Part shown: positions 1 to 9,986 of the stretch, piece after piece
Position numbering within the stretch: the stretch's first letter is position 1
How the letters are laid out: every line of letters starts with the position of its first letter
Origin: a virus
Lineage: Duplodnaviria; Caudoviricetes
Virus record (IMG/VR): IMGVR_UViG_3300010401_000011
Location: 1-54,259 of that record
Strand: one strand, 5' to 3'
Length of the DNA stretch: 54,259 bases
Translations under genes and position numbers: made by a program
Notes under the pieces: generated by a model
What the model saw: only the letters and a program-made list of their open reading frames with translations
The model's database searches: none
What the model was told of the DNA's origin: nothing

Positions 1-123
1 GCCACCCCCGACGGTTGGCGCTCCCTGCTCGAGGACGACCTCGGGCTCTGGTTCCAGGGCTCGGACAAGGAACTCTACCGCCTGAGCAAGGGCGGCGCCA
101 TCGAGTGGCTGGGCAAGGACGTA
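1..123. repeat. Direct terminal repeat, copy 1 (circular contig overlap)
   Basis: Identical to 54137-54259 (gccacccccg...aaggacgta) and lies inside a coding frame. Confidence 0.95.
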
Positions 124-135
124 TAGGACAAGCTC

Positions 136-738
136 TTGGCGTTCCCCATCGTGACCGCGGCGCTCTACGTCTCGAGCAAGCAAGAGGTTGCGTTCAGCGT
201 CACCAGCACGGACGGGCTCACGGGCGGCATCCTCCGGTACCGGGAAGAGCGCCAAGCCTGGTTCTTCGATGACGTGGGCGTGGTGACGAGCATGGCCGAC
301 TACCAAGGCCGCATCGCCATCGTACAGGCCGGCGTCGTGCTCATCCAGGATACGGCGCCTGGTGTCGGCACGGCCGTCCCCTACTACGTCAAGACGGGCA
401 TGTTCCAGGGCTTCCAGGCGCTCGGCTACGGCGCCTTACAACAGGTGGGCGTGCTCGGCACCTACCGCGGCCCGTTCACGCTCGAGATAAAGAAGAGCGT
501 CAACGGCACGGCCTTCCCCGAGAGCATCGGCATCTGGGTCGTGACCGGCGCGGACTTCGCCGTTGGCGATCGGGTGGTCAAGCTCGTGACTCCGGCCGTC
601 ATGCAGCACGACCAGTTTGCGCTCGAGTACCTGGTGACCCCGACGAGTGGCAGCGAAGGGTTGTGGCTGCACGCCGCCGCCATCGAGACCGACAAGCAAC
701 CGGGTTTTGCGCGTCTCGGCGCTGCCCACAATCTGTAA
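136..738 (+). CDS. C-terminal part of tail nozzle/tail tubular protein B-like gene that wraps from 51488
   Basis: Same frame as the ORF running off the contig end; separated from it only by TAG at 124-126; beta-rich sequence ending GLWLHAAAIE. Confidence 0.65.
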   Translation: MAFPIVTAALYVSSKQEVAFSVTSTDGLTGGILRYREERQAWFFDDVGVVTSMADYQGRIAIVQAGVVLIQDTAPGVGTAVPYYVKTGMFQGFQALGYGALQQVGVLGTYRGPFTLEIKKSVNGTAFPESIGIWVVTGADFAVGDRVVKLVTPAVMQHDQFALEYLVTPTSGSEGLWLHAAAIETDKQPGFARLGAAHNL

Positions 739-756
739 CCCCCGGAGAACCAAGCC

Positions 757-972
757 ATGTCCCTGCAACTCAAGATGAAACTCCAAAGCGCCACGTGCAC
801 GACCGAGTCCGGGCAGATCGACTATCGACTCGAAGCGGTGAGCGGCCCCGAAAACGAGCCCTGGTCCAAGTTCACGCCGACCGGCTCGCTCCTCTTCAGC
901 GTCACCAACCCCGCCTGTGCAGAGCTCGAGGCGGGTGACTATCTGGTCACGCTCACCAAGGTCGAACCATGA
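757..972 (+). CDS. Small conserved phage hypothetical protein
   Basis: GGAG RBS; ENEPWSKFTPTGSLLFSVTNP motif; ATGA overlap with next gene. Confidence 0.8.
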   Translation: MSLQLKMKLQSATCTTESGQIDYRLEAVSGPENEPWSKFTPTGSLLFSVTNPACAELEAGDYLVTLTKVEP

Positions 973-1310
973 GCATCCCCGCACCCCGCGTAGACACGAC
1001 CCGCCCCGCCGACGTGTGGCTGCACGTGGCCGACATCACGAGCGCCGACAAGGATCTGACCGCCGTGAGCAAAGCCGGCAAGTTCGCGGCTCAGATCGTG
1101 CGGCTCAACAACGCGACCGCGGCCGCGCTCACGGCCGTACTCATCCCCGAGCAGGCCGGGGCCGGGGTCGTCAGCCAACAGATCGTGGTCAACGCCGGGC
1201 AACAGTACGAGGTGCCAGTTCCAATCAAGAAGATCGTCGCCTCGGGCTCGGGTGCTCTATCCGCCGATTGCTTCTGGTGGAACGGCGGCACGCTCGAATT
1301 GAACGTTTGA
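969..1310 (+). CDS. Hypothetical, probable virion protein
   Basis: Coupled ORF in structural operon, Ala/Val/Thr-rich beta-type sequence. Confidence 0.7.
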   Translation: MSIPAPRVDTTRPADVWLHVADITSADKDLTAVSKAGKFAAQIVRLNNATAAALTAVLIPEQAGAGVVSQQIVVNAGQQYEVPVPIKKIVASGSGALSADCFWWNGGTLELNV

Positions 1311-1332
1311 CGACCGAGGGGAGACTAGCGCC

Positions 1333-3174
1333 GTGCCGTACTTTGACCGCAACCTCAACATGTATCGGGCCTCCACCGGGGGCTACTTTGCCACGGCTGC
1401 CCTTGCCAGCGCGGCAGAGCAGGCGGCGGCGGGAGCGCCCACGACCGTGGCCGCGGCGCTCAGGCCCAACGTTGCCCCCGACGTGGGCGACGCTTCCGCG
1501 CGCGTGAGCAACGGCGAGGCCACCAACCGACAAGATTTCTTCGGTGAGGGTGGCTGGACTCCGTCAGGCCAGAAGCCCGTCGTGGCCGATGCCGAGCGCG
1601 GCCCCGACGACATGCCCAACCCCCGCAACCCGGGCGGGATGAGCAACAACGACTACCAGCGGAACAAGGCGTTCCTGACCTCGCAGTCCCGGGCCCTTGG
1701 CAACAGCAACCTCAAAGCCGGCGGCGGCATCGGCTCGACCAGTGACGCCGCGATCGGGGCCCAGCAAAGCAACGCGCCCTTGCTCACGACTGGCTTTCGC
1801 CCGGGCCTCACGGAGCGCTACGAGGCAGGGCAGGCCGCGTTCGATGCGGTCCGTCGCACGCCCGAGACGCAAGCCGCGATGGACTCGTACGGGCTCGGCA
1901 CCAAGCTCTACAGCAAGGTGACGAACCAGGAGGTCCCCGGCATTCGCGGTGACCGTGACCCGCTCGGCAGCGGCAACAACCTCGGCATGTATGTCGACAA
2001 CGGCCAAGAGTCGGGCACCGACATCAACGGTAAGCGCGTCGCCTATGGGGCCACGACGGGCGCGGCCGTGGGCTTTCAAGCGGGCGGCCCCGTGGGTGCG
2101 GCGTTCGGTGCCGCATACGGCGGGCTCTTGGGCGCGGGCAGACGCGCGGGCGGCACGAGCAGTCATCTGGTCCCGACGGAAGGCACGGGCAGGCCCGTCT
2201 ACGATGCAAACAACAACCTCGTAGGCTACGAGGGCGGCACGGCGGGAGCGAACGCGAGCGGCGCTGGCACGGTCGGCTCGACCACGCCCGGCGCCCCCGT
2301 TGCCCCGGGTCCGGATCTGCCGAACTACGAGGCCGCGGGTGCGGACGTGGGCGGCGATGGCGGCACCAACGCCGAGACCGAGCAAGCCAAGGGCGACTAC
2401 TCGGACGAGCAATCAGAGAACGAAGTCGAGAACACCAACCTTTGGCAGAACGCCAACGACGTCCTCGACAACGTGGGCCACGACAACGCGCTCGGGGACG
2501 AGGCCCGGGGCTACCAGCGCGAGGGCTTGCGACAGCAACGCATGTTGCTCGACCGGATGCTGGGCTTCGATCCGAACCAGTACGCGACTCAGTTTTCCGA
2601 CCAGGCCCTGGCCCGCCAGATAGCGCTCGCGCGCAGTAGCGGCGGCGGGGCGGCCGCGCAACAGGCGGGCATCTTCGCGGCCATGGACCAGGCGCCGGCC
2701 CTCTACGCAGAAGGCGCGCGGCAAGCGTCATCCTTGGAAAACCAGCGCCTGAACGCGGCCGAGACCGCGGCCAAGAGCTTCGGTGAGCTCGGCACCATGA
2801 CGCGCGGTCAGGACGAGGCCCGGAGCGCGTTCGAGAGCAGCCTATCGCTCGACATCGCCAAGCAAGTCGGCAACCTCACCCAGGGCCAGGTGCAGATGAA
2901 CGAGCAGGACAGCCAGCGCTTTGCCGAGATCTGGATGGACTTCGCCAAGCTGCAATCGGTCTACGCCGGCATGTCGAGCGCCGAGCAGATGGCGTGGTGG
3001 CAACGCGAGGCGCAAGAGCGCGGCCAGGACAAGCAATTTGACGCCATCATCGCCGGGCTCAAAGCGGGCGGCAAGGTGAGCGACAAGGACCTCGTCGGCG
3101 GGCTCTTCCAACTCGGCGGCGGCGTCATCTCGAGCTACGGGCAGATCGAAGCCGCCAAGGCCAAGGCCGCCTGA
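1333..3174 (+). CDS. Putative internal virion/DNA ejection protein 1
   Basis: 613 aa, Gly/Ala-rich hydrophobic segments (GAAVGFQAGGPVGAAFGAAYGG) and Gln/Ala-rich helical C-terminus; follows tail nozzle. Confidence 0.6.
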   Translation: MPYFDRNLNMYRASTGGYFATAALASAAEQAAAGAPTTVAAALRPNVAPDVGDASARVSNGEATNRQDFFGEGGWTPSGQKPVVADAERGPDDMPNPRNPGGMSNNDYQRNKAFLTSQSRALGNSNLKAGGGIGSTSDAAIGAQQSNAPLLTTGFRPGLTERYEAGQAAFDAVRRTPETQAAMDSYGLGTKLYSKVTNQEVPGIRGDRDPLGSGNNLGMYVDNGQESGTDINGKRVAYGATTGAAVGFQAGGPVGAAFGAAYGGLLGAGRRAGGTSSHLVPTEGTGRPVYDANNNLVGYEGGTAGANASGAGTVGSTTPGAPVAPGPDLPNYEAAGADVGGDGGTNAETEQAKGDYSDEQSENEVENTNLWQNANDVLDNVGHDNALGDEARGYQREGLRQQRMLLDRMLGFDPNQYATQFSDQALARQIALARSSGGGAAAQQAGIFAAMDQAPALYAEGARQASSLENQRLNAAETAAKSFGELGTMTRGQDEARSAFESSLSLDIAKQVGNLTQGQVQMNEQDSQRFAEIWMDFAKLQSVYAGMSSAEQMAWWQREAQERGQDKQFDAIIAGLKAGGKVSDKDLVGGLFQLGGGVISSYGQIEAAKAKAA

Positions 3175-5225
3175 TGCCGAACCTCACGGGCTACGCCGAG
3201 ACCACGGATCCGAATTGGATCCAGGTGCAGTTTGACGACGGGTCGAGCCAGCACGTGCAGGACCCGACCGGGACCTATCGCAAGGAAGTGAACGAGGTTG
3301 CGACCAAGCTCGGTTTCCAAAAGCCCGACACCATGGCCAATGCCGTAGCGGGACCGGGCGGCGGTGACCAGCTCGCCGGCAACAGCCTGGCCATGCCGGC
3401 GACGGCGCCCATCTCACCCACGGAAGCGGCCCCGATGCAGGTGAGCGCCGCCGACCGCGCGGTGCTCGAGGGTAAGGCGCCCGTGCCCACGCCGAGCATG
3501 GTCAGCCCCGCCGAGCAGCGCGCGCTCTCTCCTAACCCGGCCGATCTCGCCGGCATCCGACGCGGGCTCGGGGACGCCACGCACTCGCCCGCGGGGACGG
3601 CCTCGCTCGAAGGCAACAGCCTGGCCATGCCCGCACCGGTAATGGGGCAGCCCCTGGCCGGCAACCAACTGGCCATGCCGGCACCCGCCAACGCGCCGCC
3701 GTTACCGTCGCCTACCGCTCCCGTGCTCGACCTCGACTCGCTGCCGCCCATCGATCGCGGCGGCGTTCGTCAGGGCTTGGCCGCGCAAGAGGCCGAGCAC
3801 CAACACGGGCTAATGGCGGGGCAGAGCCAGCAACAGGCCCAAGCCGAGCGCGAGCGCCAGGCCGCGGAAGCTGCAGCACGGGCGGGCTCCGCCGAAGGCC
3901 CGAGCATGTTCATGTCCCCGGGCACGGGCCCGCAAGTGACGACCGAGACGAGCCGCACGAGCACGGGGCTTGCCGGTGCGGATCGGACCAAGGTCGATTC
4001 CGCCAACCTCGCCGGCATCGAGGCGCGTGACAAGGCCAACCAGGCCGATCTCATCGCGCGCACCCAGCAAGTGAACGCCGAGTGGGGCCGGCTCTCGCTC
4101 GAGCAGAAACAGAAGCTCGCCGAGCAGGCCGTGCTCGCGCAACAGCAACGCGACTACGACACCAAGGTTGCGGCCAAGACGAAAGAGCTCGAGGACATCA
4201 CCTCCCGCAAGGTTGACCCGGGGCAAGCCTTCGCGGGGGATGCCCAGTGGTATGCGTTCATGGCCGGCTTTGGCGATAGCTTGCAGAACTTTGGCGCGGC
4301 CCTCGCGGGTCGTGGCCCCGTCGCCAACCCCGGGCAGACCATCGATCGCATCATCAACCGGAGCGTGGCGCTACAGACCGAGCAGAAGGAACAAGACTTC
4401 AAGATGGGCCGCATCAGTGCCGACCAGTTACTGGCCGAGCGCGAGACCATCCGGAGCAAGCTGGCGACGGTCGGCCTGCAGCTGTCTCAAAACCAACTGG
4501 CCAAGGCCCGCACCCAGGACGAGAAGCTGGCGCTCGGGGCCGTGGGGCAGAAGCTCGAAGCCGATCGGAAAGAAGCCATCGCCAAGGCCGCCGCGGCTAC
4601 CGCTCGGCACGAGTCCGTGACGGGCTCGACGTCGACCGCGCCAGGCACACCCGCCCACGCCAGCATGTTTGGTGGCGAAAAAGACAACTGGAACGACGTC
4701 ACGACGCACTACGAGAAGACAGCCGGCGTCAACATGATGGAGAACGGGCTGGGTCGCCTGGAAAAGGGGACCGGCTGGACGTGGGACGAGAAGGCCAACA
4801 ACGGCGCGGGCGGCTACATCGGCAAGGACGGCAAGCTCGTCACGGCGGAAACTGCATCGGTGCCAGGTGTCTCATTTGTCGGCGAGACACCACAGTTCCT
4901 TGCAGGAGAGGCCGGGCGTGAAATTCAAGGCGGCATCGGTGACCTCGCAGCGGGCGACGCAAAACTAAAGGACCCGGTGGGGGCACTGAGCGATAAGGGC
5001 GTAGCCGTCTCAAAGGAGACGATTGCCGCCACCACGGATGCCGGGCTACTGCGCGCGATGGAACGCACCCGCCGCGGGTTGCGCAAAGCCAGGGCAGACT
5101 TGGACGCGGCTTTCTCACCAGGCATCGTCAACGCCTCACGCCTAAGAATCCGACAAGAGACCCAGCATCAGAACAGCCAACCCGGCCTTCCCCCCTCCCG
5201 CGCACCCCGCCCGGATGAGCTCTGA
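3174..5225 (+). CDS. Putative internal virion/DNA ejection protein 2
   Basis: 683 aa, TGATG coupling, Pro-rich linker then coiled-coil. Confidence 0.6.
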   Translation: MPNLTGYAETTDPNWIQVQFDDGSSQHVQDPTGTYRKEVNEVATKLGFQKPDTMANAVAGPGGGDQLAGNSLAMPATAPISPTEAAPMQVSAADRAVLEGKAPVPTPSMVSPAEQRALSPNPADLAGIRRGLGDATHSPAGTASLEGNSLAMPAPVMGQPLAGNQLAMPAPANAPPLPSPTAPVLDLDSLPPIDRGGVRQGLAAQEAEHQHGLMAGQSQQQAQAERERQAAEAAARAGSAEGPSMFMSPGTGPQVTTETSRTSTGLAGADRTKVDSANLAGIEARDKANQADLIARTQQVNAEWGRLSLEQKQKLAEQAVLAQQQRDYDTKVAAKTKELEDITSRKVDPGQAFAGDAQWYAFMAGFGDSLQNFGAALAGRGPVANPGQTIDRIINRSVALQTEQKEQDFKMGRISADQLLAERETIRSKLATVGLQLSQNQLAKARTQDEKLALGAVGQKLEADRKEAIAKAAAATARHESVTGSTSTAPGTPAHASMFGGEKDNWNDVTTHYEKTAGVNMMENGLGRLEKGTGWTWDEKANNGAGGYIGKDGKLVTAETASVPGVSFVGETPQFLAGEAGREIQGGIGDLAAGDAKLKDPVGALSDKGVAVSKETIAATTDAGLLRAMERTRRGLRKARADLDAAFSPGIVNASRLRIRQETQHQNSQPGLPPSRAPRPDEL

Positions 5226-7960
5226 TGGCTGACGTACCAGTCACCAACCCGACCACCGGGGAAATCCGGATGGTCCCCGAGGACGGGGTCAAGGCCTTCA
5301 CCGAGCAGACGGGCTGGAGCGTCTCGACCGCCGAGCAGCGCCACGCGGCCAAGCTCGCTCTCGGTGGCGGTATGCAAGCGGGCGATGTCGTCCAGGGCGC
5401 CGCCGAGAAGGCCGTGCGCACGGCCACGCTCGGTCTCGCCGGGCCCATGGGGCAACAGGAACGCGAGCGTCAAGCCGCCCTCGCGGAAGAGCACCCGTAC
5501 GTGGCCATGGGCGCGCAAGCCGCGGGCGCTCTCGCCCCGGCCCTGGTCGCGTCGACCCTGACCGGTGGGGCTGGCGCCGCGCTCGGCCTGAGTGCGAGCG
5601 AGGCCGGGCTCGCCGCGGGAGCAGCCGAAGGCCTCGCGGGCGGCACCGCGGACGAAATCGAGCAAGCCCGCTACGAGACGCGCGACGTGTCCGCCGGCAA
5701 CATCTTTCTCTACGGGCTCGGGGGCGAAATCGTAGGGCGCGCTCTCCCGCATGGTCTGGCAATGGGCGCGGGCCGCATCAAGCGGGCGCTCACCGCCGTG
5801 GAGGAAGCGGCAGGCGAGGGCATCCCGAGCGCACTAGCCGCGGCCGAGACCCGGAGCGTGGAGAGCCAGGCCCGGCTCGCCCGAGACCTGCCCCCGGGCA
5901 GCCCCGAGCGGGCGGCGGCGTTGCGTGATAGCGCCAGCCACCAGTACGAGCGGATGGCGGTAGAGAACGCGGACGATCTCGGCAAGCTCACCGAGACGAC
6001 CGCGCGCATGGGCGAGACCAATGGCAAGCGCGTAAAGGAGCGTTTGCGCGAGACCATGGCCGACGCGAGCCCGGCTCAGACCGAGTGGTTCACGAGCACG
6101 CGAGAGAGACTCGACGCGGCCAAGAAAGAGATCCGGGCTCCGCTCGAGGGTGAGCCTAGACCCGGAGCGAGGGCGCCCGAGGCTCCCGAAAACCCGGACG
6201 CGTTGCGCGAGCACTTGGGCTTCGAAGCCAAGGCCGCGGGCGATGCCGGCGCCGCTCTGGGCGAGGCCGTGCCCGATGCGGCGCTGCCCGAGCCCGGCGC
6301 GGCTCCGTCCCCTGCACCATCGGCACCCCTGCCCGAGGCGGCCCCGAAGCGAGCCCCGCGGACCAGGACCATCGCCAACAGTCCCGGCATGGCGCCCATT
6401 GCAAAGGACTTCGATTCCGTCATCGACAAGGGCCTCAAGCGCCTCGACAAGACCACGGACACGGCCGAGCAGTACCTGGCCGCGCGCGAGGTGAAGCAAC
6501 AGCTGCAGGCCCTGAGCGATCGGGTGGCCAAGCTCAAGGGCCCCGCCGCCGAGCAGATGAAGGGCGCCATCGACGGCGCCTGGCAGCACGTGGCCGACGG
6601 CTTGACGGACAAGAGCTTGTTTGGAGCGGCCGCCGACATCGAGCGAGAGATATCGTCCCCCTTCCGGGACAAGGTCGCGCAAAGCCTTGGCATGGTCGAA
6701 CAGGACTTGGCCCGGGGCGCCGGGGATGCCGGGCGCGAGTTCGACCCGAAAAAAGTCCGGGGCTTCCTCAAGGGGGACAAGGTCGATCGCGCCGTCACCC
6801 AAGGCCATCTCGAGCGCGTGCTCGAGGGTGCCGAAGAGCAGCTAGCCGCGCACGAGCGCCATGGCACCTGGGAGCCCGCCGAGATTGCCGCGAGCCGGGA
6901 GCGCATCGGCCGCATTCGGGAGTCGCTCGGCCTCGCCGACGAGATCCACGTGGCCAAGCAAGAGGCCATCCCCGTGGCGAGCAAGAGCAAGCCCGACTCG
7001 TTCGTGGGCAAGGCCATGAACGAGGCCACGAACGCGGGAGAGAGCGCGCTCCGGGGCCTGGCCGAGTCCGGGCTCGAGAGCATCATCAACCACGTCGTGC
7101 CCTTCGGTGGCACCATGCTCAAGCTCGGTAAGCGCCTGGTCGGCATCGACGGCGCCGCGCGCGCTGCCACCAAGCAAGTCGCGCGCAACCTGGCCGGGGT
7201 CGGGCTCGGCTACGCGGAGCGGGCCGGGCTGAGCCTGGCTCGTGGCGCCGCGGGCGGTGCCGCTGCAGCCGGCGCCATGACCGCACTCGCTCGGTTCACG
7301 GGCGACTACTCGGGCCCGGAAGAGTCGTTCGAGGCCAAGCGCAAGATACTCGACGCCGAGCAGGTGACCCCTGATGTCCTGTACGACGTGCTCGGGCAAA
7401 GCCTTGGCGACCTGCCCAAGGTCAACCCGGAGCTCTTCCAGCAGATTGCCGCGCGCACGGCGGGCAAGGTCCGCTACATGCGGGACAACCTCCCGCCCGG
7501 GCTGCAGGTGAGCTTGCTCTATCCGAACGGCACTCCAGTGAGCCGTAGCGCGCTCCGGGACTTTGCCACCCAGTGGAACACCGTGATGGATCCGGAGAGC
7601 GTGTTGCAGGATATCGACGCGGGCACGGCCACGCCCTTGCAGATGGAGACCCTCAAGGGCAGTGACCCGGACCTCTACCAGCAATTGCGCGGGGACATCA
7701 TCGAGCAGGTCGGCACGCACTTCGCTCAGGTGCCGATGTCGACGAAGCTACAGCTGGACTTGCTGCTCGGCGCGGATGGTCTGGCGGGCCCGATGTTTTC
7801 CACCAAGGCGGCGGACATGATTGGAGAAGCGATGCAGGCTCAGAAAGAGCAGGGCCAGAAGGCGCCGCCCCCACCACCCTCCGGTGAGAGCAAGGCGGGC
7901 TCCACCCCGAGCGGGCTCGAAGCCATCCGGACCAGCGTCACCAACCGGGGAGCGACCTGA
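5225..7960 (+). CDS. Putative internal virion/DNA ejection protein 3
   Basis: 911 aa, Ala/Gly-rich helical, TATLGLAG and GAALG segments typical of podovirus ejection proteins. Confidence 0.6.
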   Translation: MADVPVTNPTTGEIRMVPEDGVKAFTEQTGWSVSTAEQRHAAKLALGGGMQAGDVVQGAAEKAVRTATLGLAGPMGQQERERQAALAEEHPYVAMGAQAAGALAPALVASTLTGGAGAALGLSASEAGLAAGAAEGLAGGTADEIEQARYETRDVSAGNIFLYGLGGEIVGRALPHGLAMGAGRIKRALTAVEEAAGEGIPSALAAAETRSVESQARLARDLPPGSPERAAALRDSASHQYERMAVENADDLGKLTETTARMGETNGKRVKERLRETMADASPAQTEWFTSTRERLDAAKKEIRAPLEGEPRPGARAPEAPENPDALREHLGFEAKAAGDAGAALGEAVPDAALPEPGAAPSPAPSAPLPEAAPKRAPRTRTIANSPGMAPIAKDFDSVIDKGLKRLDKTTDTAEQYLAAREVKQQLQALSDRVAKLKGPAAEQMKGAIDGAWQHVADGLTDKSLFGAAADIEREISSPFRDKVAQSLGMVEQDLARGAGDAGREFDPKKVRGFLKGDKVDRAVTQGHLERVLEGAEEQLAAHERHGTWEPAEIAASRERIGRIRESLGLADEIHVAKQEAIPVASKSKPDSFVGKAMNEATNAGESALRGLAESGLESIINHVVPFGGTMLKLGKRLVGIDGAARAATKQVARNLAGVGLGYAERAGLSLARGAAGGAAAAGAMTALARFTGDYSGPEESFEAKRKILDAEQVTPDVLYDVLGQSLGDLPKVNPELFQQIAARTAGKVRYMRDNLPPGLQVSLLYPNGTPVSRSALRDFATQWNTVMDPESVLQDIDAGTATPLQMETLKGSDPDLYQQLRGDIIEQVGTHFAQVPMSTKLQLDLLLGADGLAGPMFSTKAADMIGEAMQAQKEQGQKAPPPPPSGESKAGSTPSGLEAIRTSVTNRGAT

Positions 7961-7962
7961 AT

Positions 7963-9939
7963 ATGGCCAAAGCCCCGGAGTTCGGCACGTGGGATTGCGA
8001 GGCCTGGTATCTTCGCCGCGTCAAGGCCAAGGCGTGCTCGGAGCTCAAGGACCTGTGCGAGCGCGCGATGGTGGAGAACTGTTATCGGGCTACGCGCGCC
8101 TATCGGTACGCGAGCAAGTTTTCCGGCTATACGCTCACGAACCTATCGAGCTACGGCGCGGACGTGAGCGCATCGGGGCGGCCACTCGACACTAGCTGGG
8201 ACGCGCCGCTCATTAAAAACCGGCTGCCGCAACTCTGCAAGAGCTTCGTCGCCAAGAGCTTCGCCAATGATTCCCCGCTCCCTCAATTCACGACCAAGGG
8301 CGGGGACTACGAGCAGACCCTGAAAGCCGAGACCCTAGACCAGGCCATCGCGACCGAGTACGCGCAAGAGCATGGCAGCTTCAGTGACGTGGCCGAACTC
8401 CACCGGCACGGCGCGCTCATTGCCGCGAGCAGCACGGGCACGTACTTCGTTTTCTGCATCGACTACGACAACGCGACCCGGCCCGAAGCCGAGCTCGACG
8501 ACAGTCTGACCATCGGCATCTTTCGCGCCCACAAGTACGGCGCGATTCGCATGCTGGTGCGCACGATCTGGATGCTGCCCGAGGAAGCGATTCGCAAGTT
8601 TGGCAAGCGCTTCTCTGAGCAGATCTACGCCAACCTAGAACCGCGTGACGGCCAGTTCGTTGCCGGTCGTCCCGGGGGCGGGCTCGGCGGGGCCAACACC
8701 TTTGCGACCATCAACCGGCGCGAGGTGCGGATCCATATGGGCTGGGCCGTGCAGGTCGGCGCCGAGCCCGGCCGCCAGATGTTTTGCCTCAAGGACGGCA
8801 AGACCATCCTCCGGGACCGCGTCTACACGAAGCCGAAGCCACCGTGCGTGTTCTGGCACTACGAGGCCGATCTCGACGGCGAGTGGGGTACGCCGCTCAC
8901 ACAGCACGTGTTCCTGCTCAGCCAGTACCAGAACCGGATCCTGAACGACGTCGACACGGCCGAGCGCAAGACCAGCCAGGTGGTCATCGCCGTGCAGAAG
9001 GGCACGCAAGGGGCCAAGGCCATGACGAGCCAGGTGGTCAACACCAAGGCCGTGCAGGTCATCGAGGTGGACGGCCCGGTCGATAGCGCGATGAAGATCT
9101 TCGAGTCGCCCAAGTTCAGCAAGGACTCGCTCGGGCTCGAGGCCATTTACGATAACGCGCAGTTCGAGGACTCGGGCATCCCCCGCAACCATGCTCAGGG
9201 CACGCACGCGGCGGGCGCTCAAAGCGGCATCCAAGAGTCGCTCCGGGCGAGCTACTACACGGAGAACTTTGCCGACGCCGAGCGCCGCGCCATCCAGGTC
9301 CGCGCCATCGGCACGGCCACCATCTTTCTGTGGGTCTTGCAGTCCCTGGCCGAAAAGGGCTTCGAGCGCTGGATCGGGGACAAGAGCTTCCGGCGGCTCA
9401 TCAAGTCGACCGATCTCGATCTCGACGAGGACAAGTACATCACCGAGATCAAGGCCGTCGGCGAGGGCAAGGACAGCCCGGCGTCGCGCCTCGAGAAGGC
9501 CGAGAAGTGGCTCAACAACCCAGCCGTGGAGTTCAACGGCGGCAACATGGTCGAGATGCTCAAGACGTTCGACGTCAAGACCGCCGAGCAGCGCGCCAAC
9601 GCCATCCACGAGTGGGTCATCGAGCAGGTCGAGCGTTGGCGCAAGGCACCCGCTGCCGAGATGCGAAAGCCAGACTTCTATCAGCCCCCGGAGCGCTGGT
9701 TCCAGGTGCCGGCTTTGAAGGATGCCCTGACCACCCTGGCCTTCGAGTTCCTCAAGGCGCGCCAGGACAAGGTGCCGGACAATCGCCTCGCCTGGTTCGA
9801 AAAGTTTGGTAACGAGTGCACGGTCATCATCCAGACCGAAGAGCAGCGGATCGCCGCCTTGCAGAATCCGGGCGTACCCATGCCGGGTGCGCCTGCACCA
9901 CCCCCCGGGGCAGCACCGCCCGGAGCGATGGCGGCTTAG
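7963..9939 (+). CDS. Portal protein (head-tail connector)
   Basis: 658 aa; LIKNRLPQLC..FVAK N-terminal motif, WGTPL motif, SGI..QSG..SLRA segment, Pro-rich tail; family call by pattern and context. Confidence 0.75.
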   Translation: MAKAPEFGTWDCEAWYLRRVKAKACSELKDLCERAMVENCYRATRAYRYASKFSGYTLTNLSSYGADVSASGRPLDTSWDAPLIKNRLPQLCKSFVAKSFANDSPLPQFTTKGGDYEQTLKAETLDQAIATEYAQEHGSFSDVAELHRHGALIAASSTGTYFVFCIDYDNATRPEAELDDSLTIGIFRAHKYGAIRMLVRTIWMLPEEAIRKFGKRFSEQIYANLEPRDGQFVAGRPGGGLGGANTFATINRREVRIHMGWAVQVGAEPGRQMFCLKDGKTILRDRVYTKPKPPCVFWHYEADLDGEWGTPLTQHVFLLSQYQNRILNDVDTAERKTSQVVIAVQKGTQGAKAMTSQVVNTKAVQVIEVDGPVDSAMKIFESPKFSKDSLGLEAIYDNAQFEDSGIPRNHAQGTHAAGAQSGIQESLRASYYTENFADAERRAIQVRAIGTATIFLWVLQSLAEKGFERWIGDKSFRRLIKSTDLDLDEDKYITEIKAVGEGKDSPASRLEKAEKWLNNPAVEFNGGNMVEMLKTFDVKTAEQRANAIHEWVIEQVERWRKAPAAEMRKPDFYQPPERWFQVPALKDALTTLAFEFLKARQDKVPDNRLAWFEKFGNECTVIIQTEEQRIAALQNPGVPMPGAPAPPPGAAPPGAMAA

Positions 9940-9986
9940 TTTCGAAGAGACCACCAGGGCCCGAGCGGCCCCTTTGAAAGGCAAAC

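Noticed and set aside
1-123. 123-bp direct repeat as a biological terminal repeat
   Set aside because: It falls mid-gene with no regulatory features, so it is best explained as the assembly overlap of a circular or permuted genome
124-126. Genome-wide TAG reassignment
   Set aside because: TAG ends several well-bounded genes (9939, 19871, 28289, 29865), other long genes are uninterrupted, and no suppressor tRNA is seen
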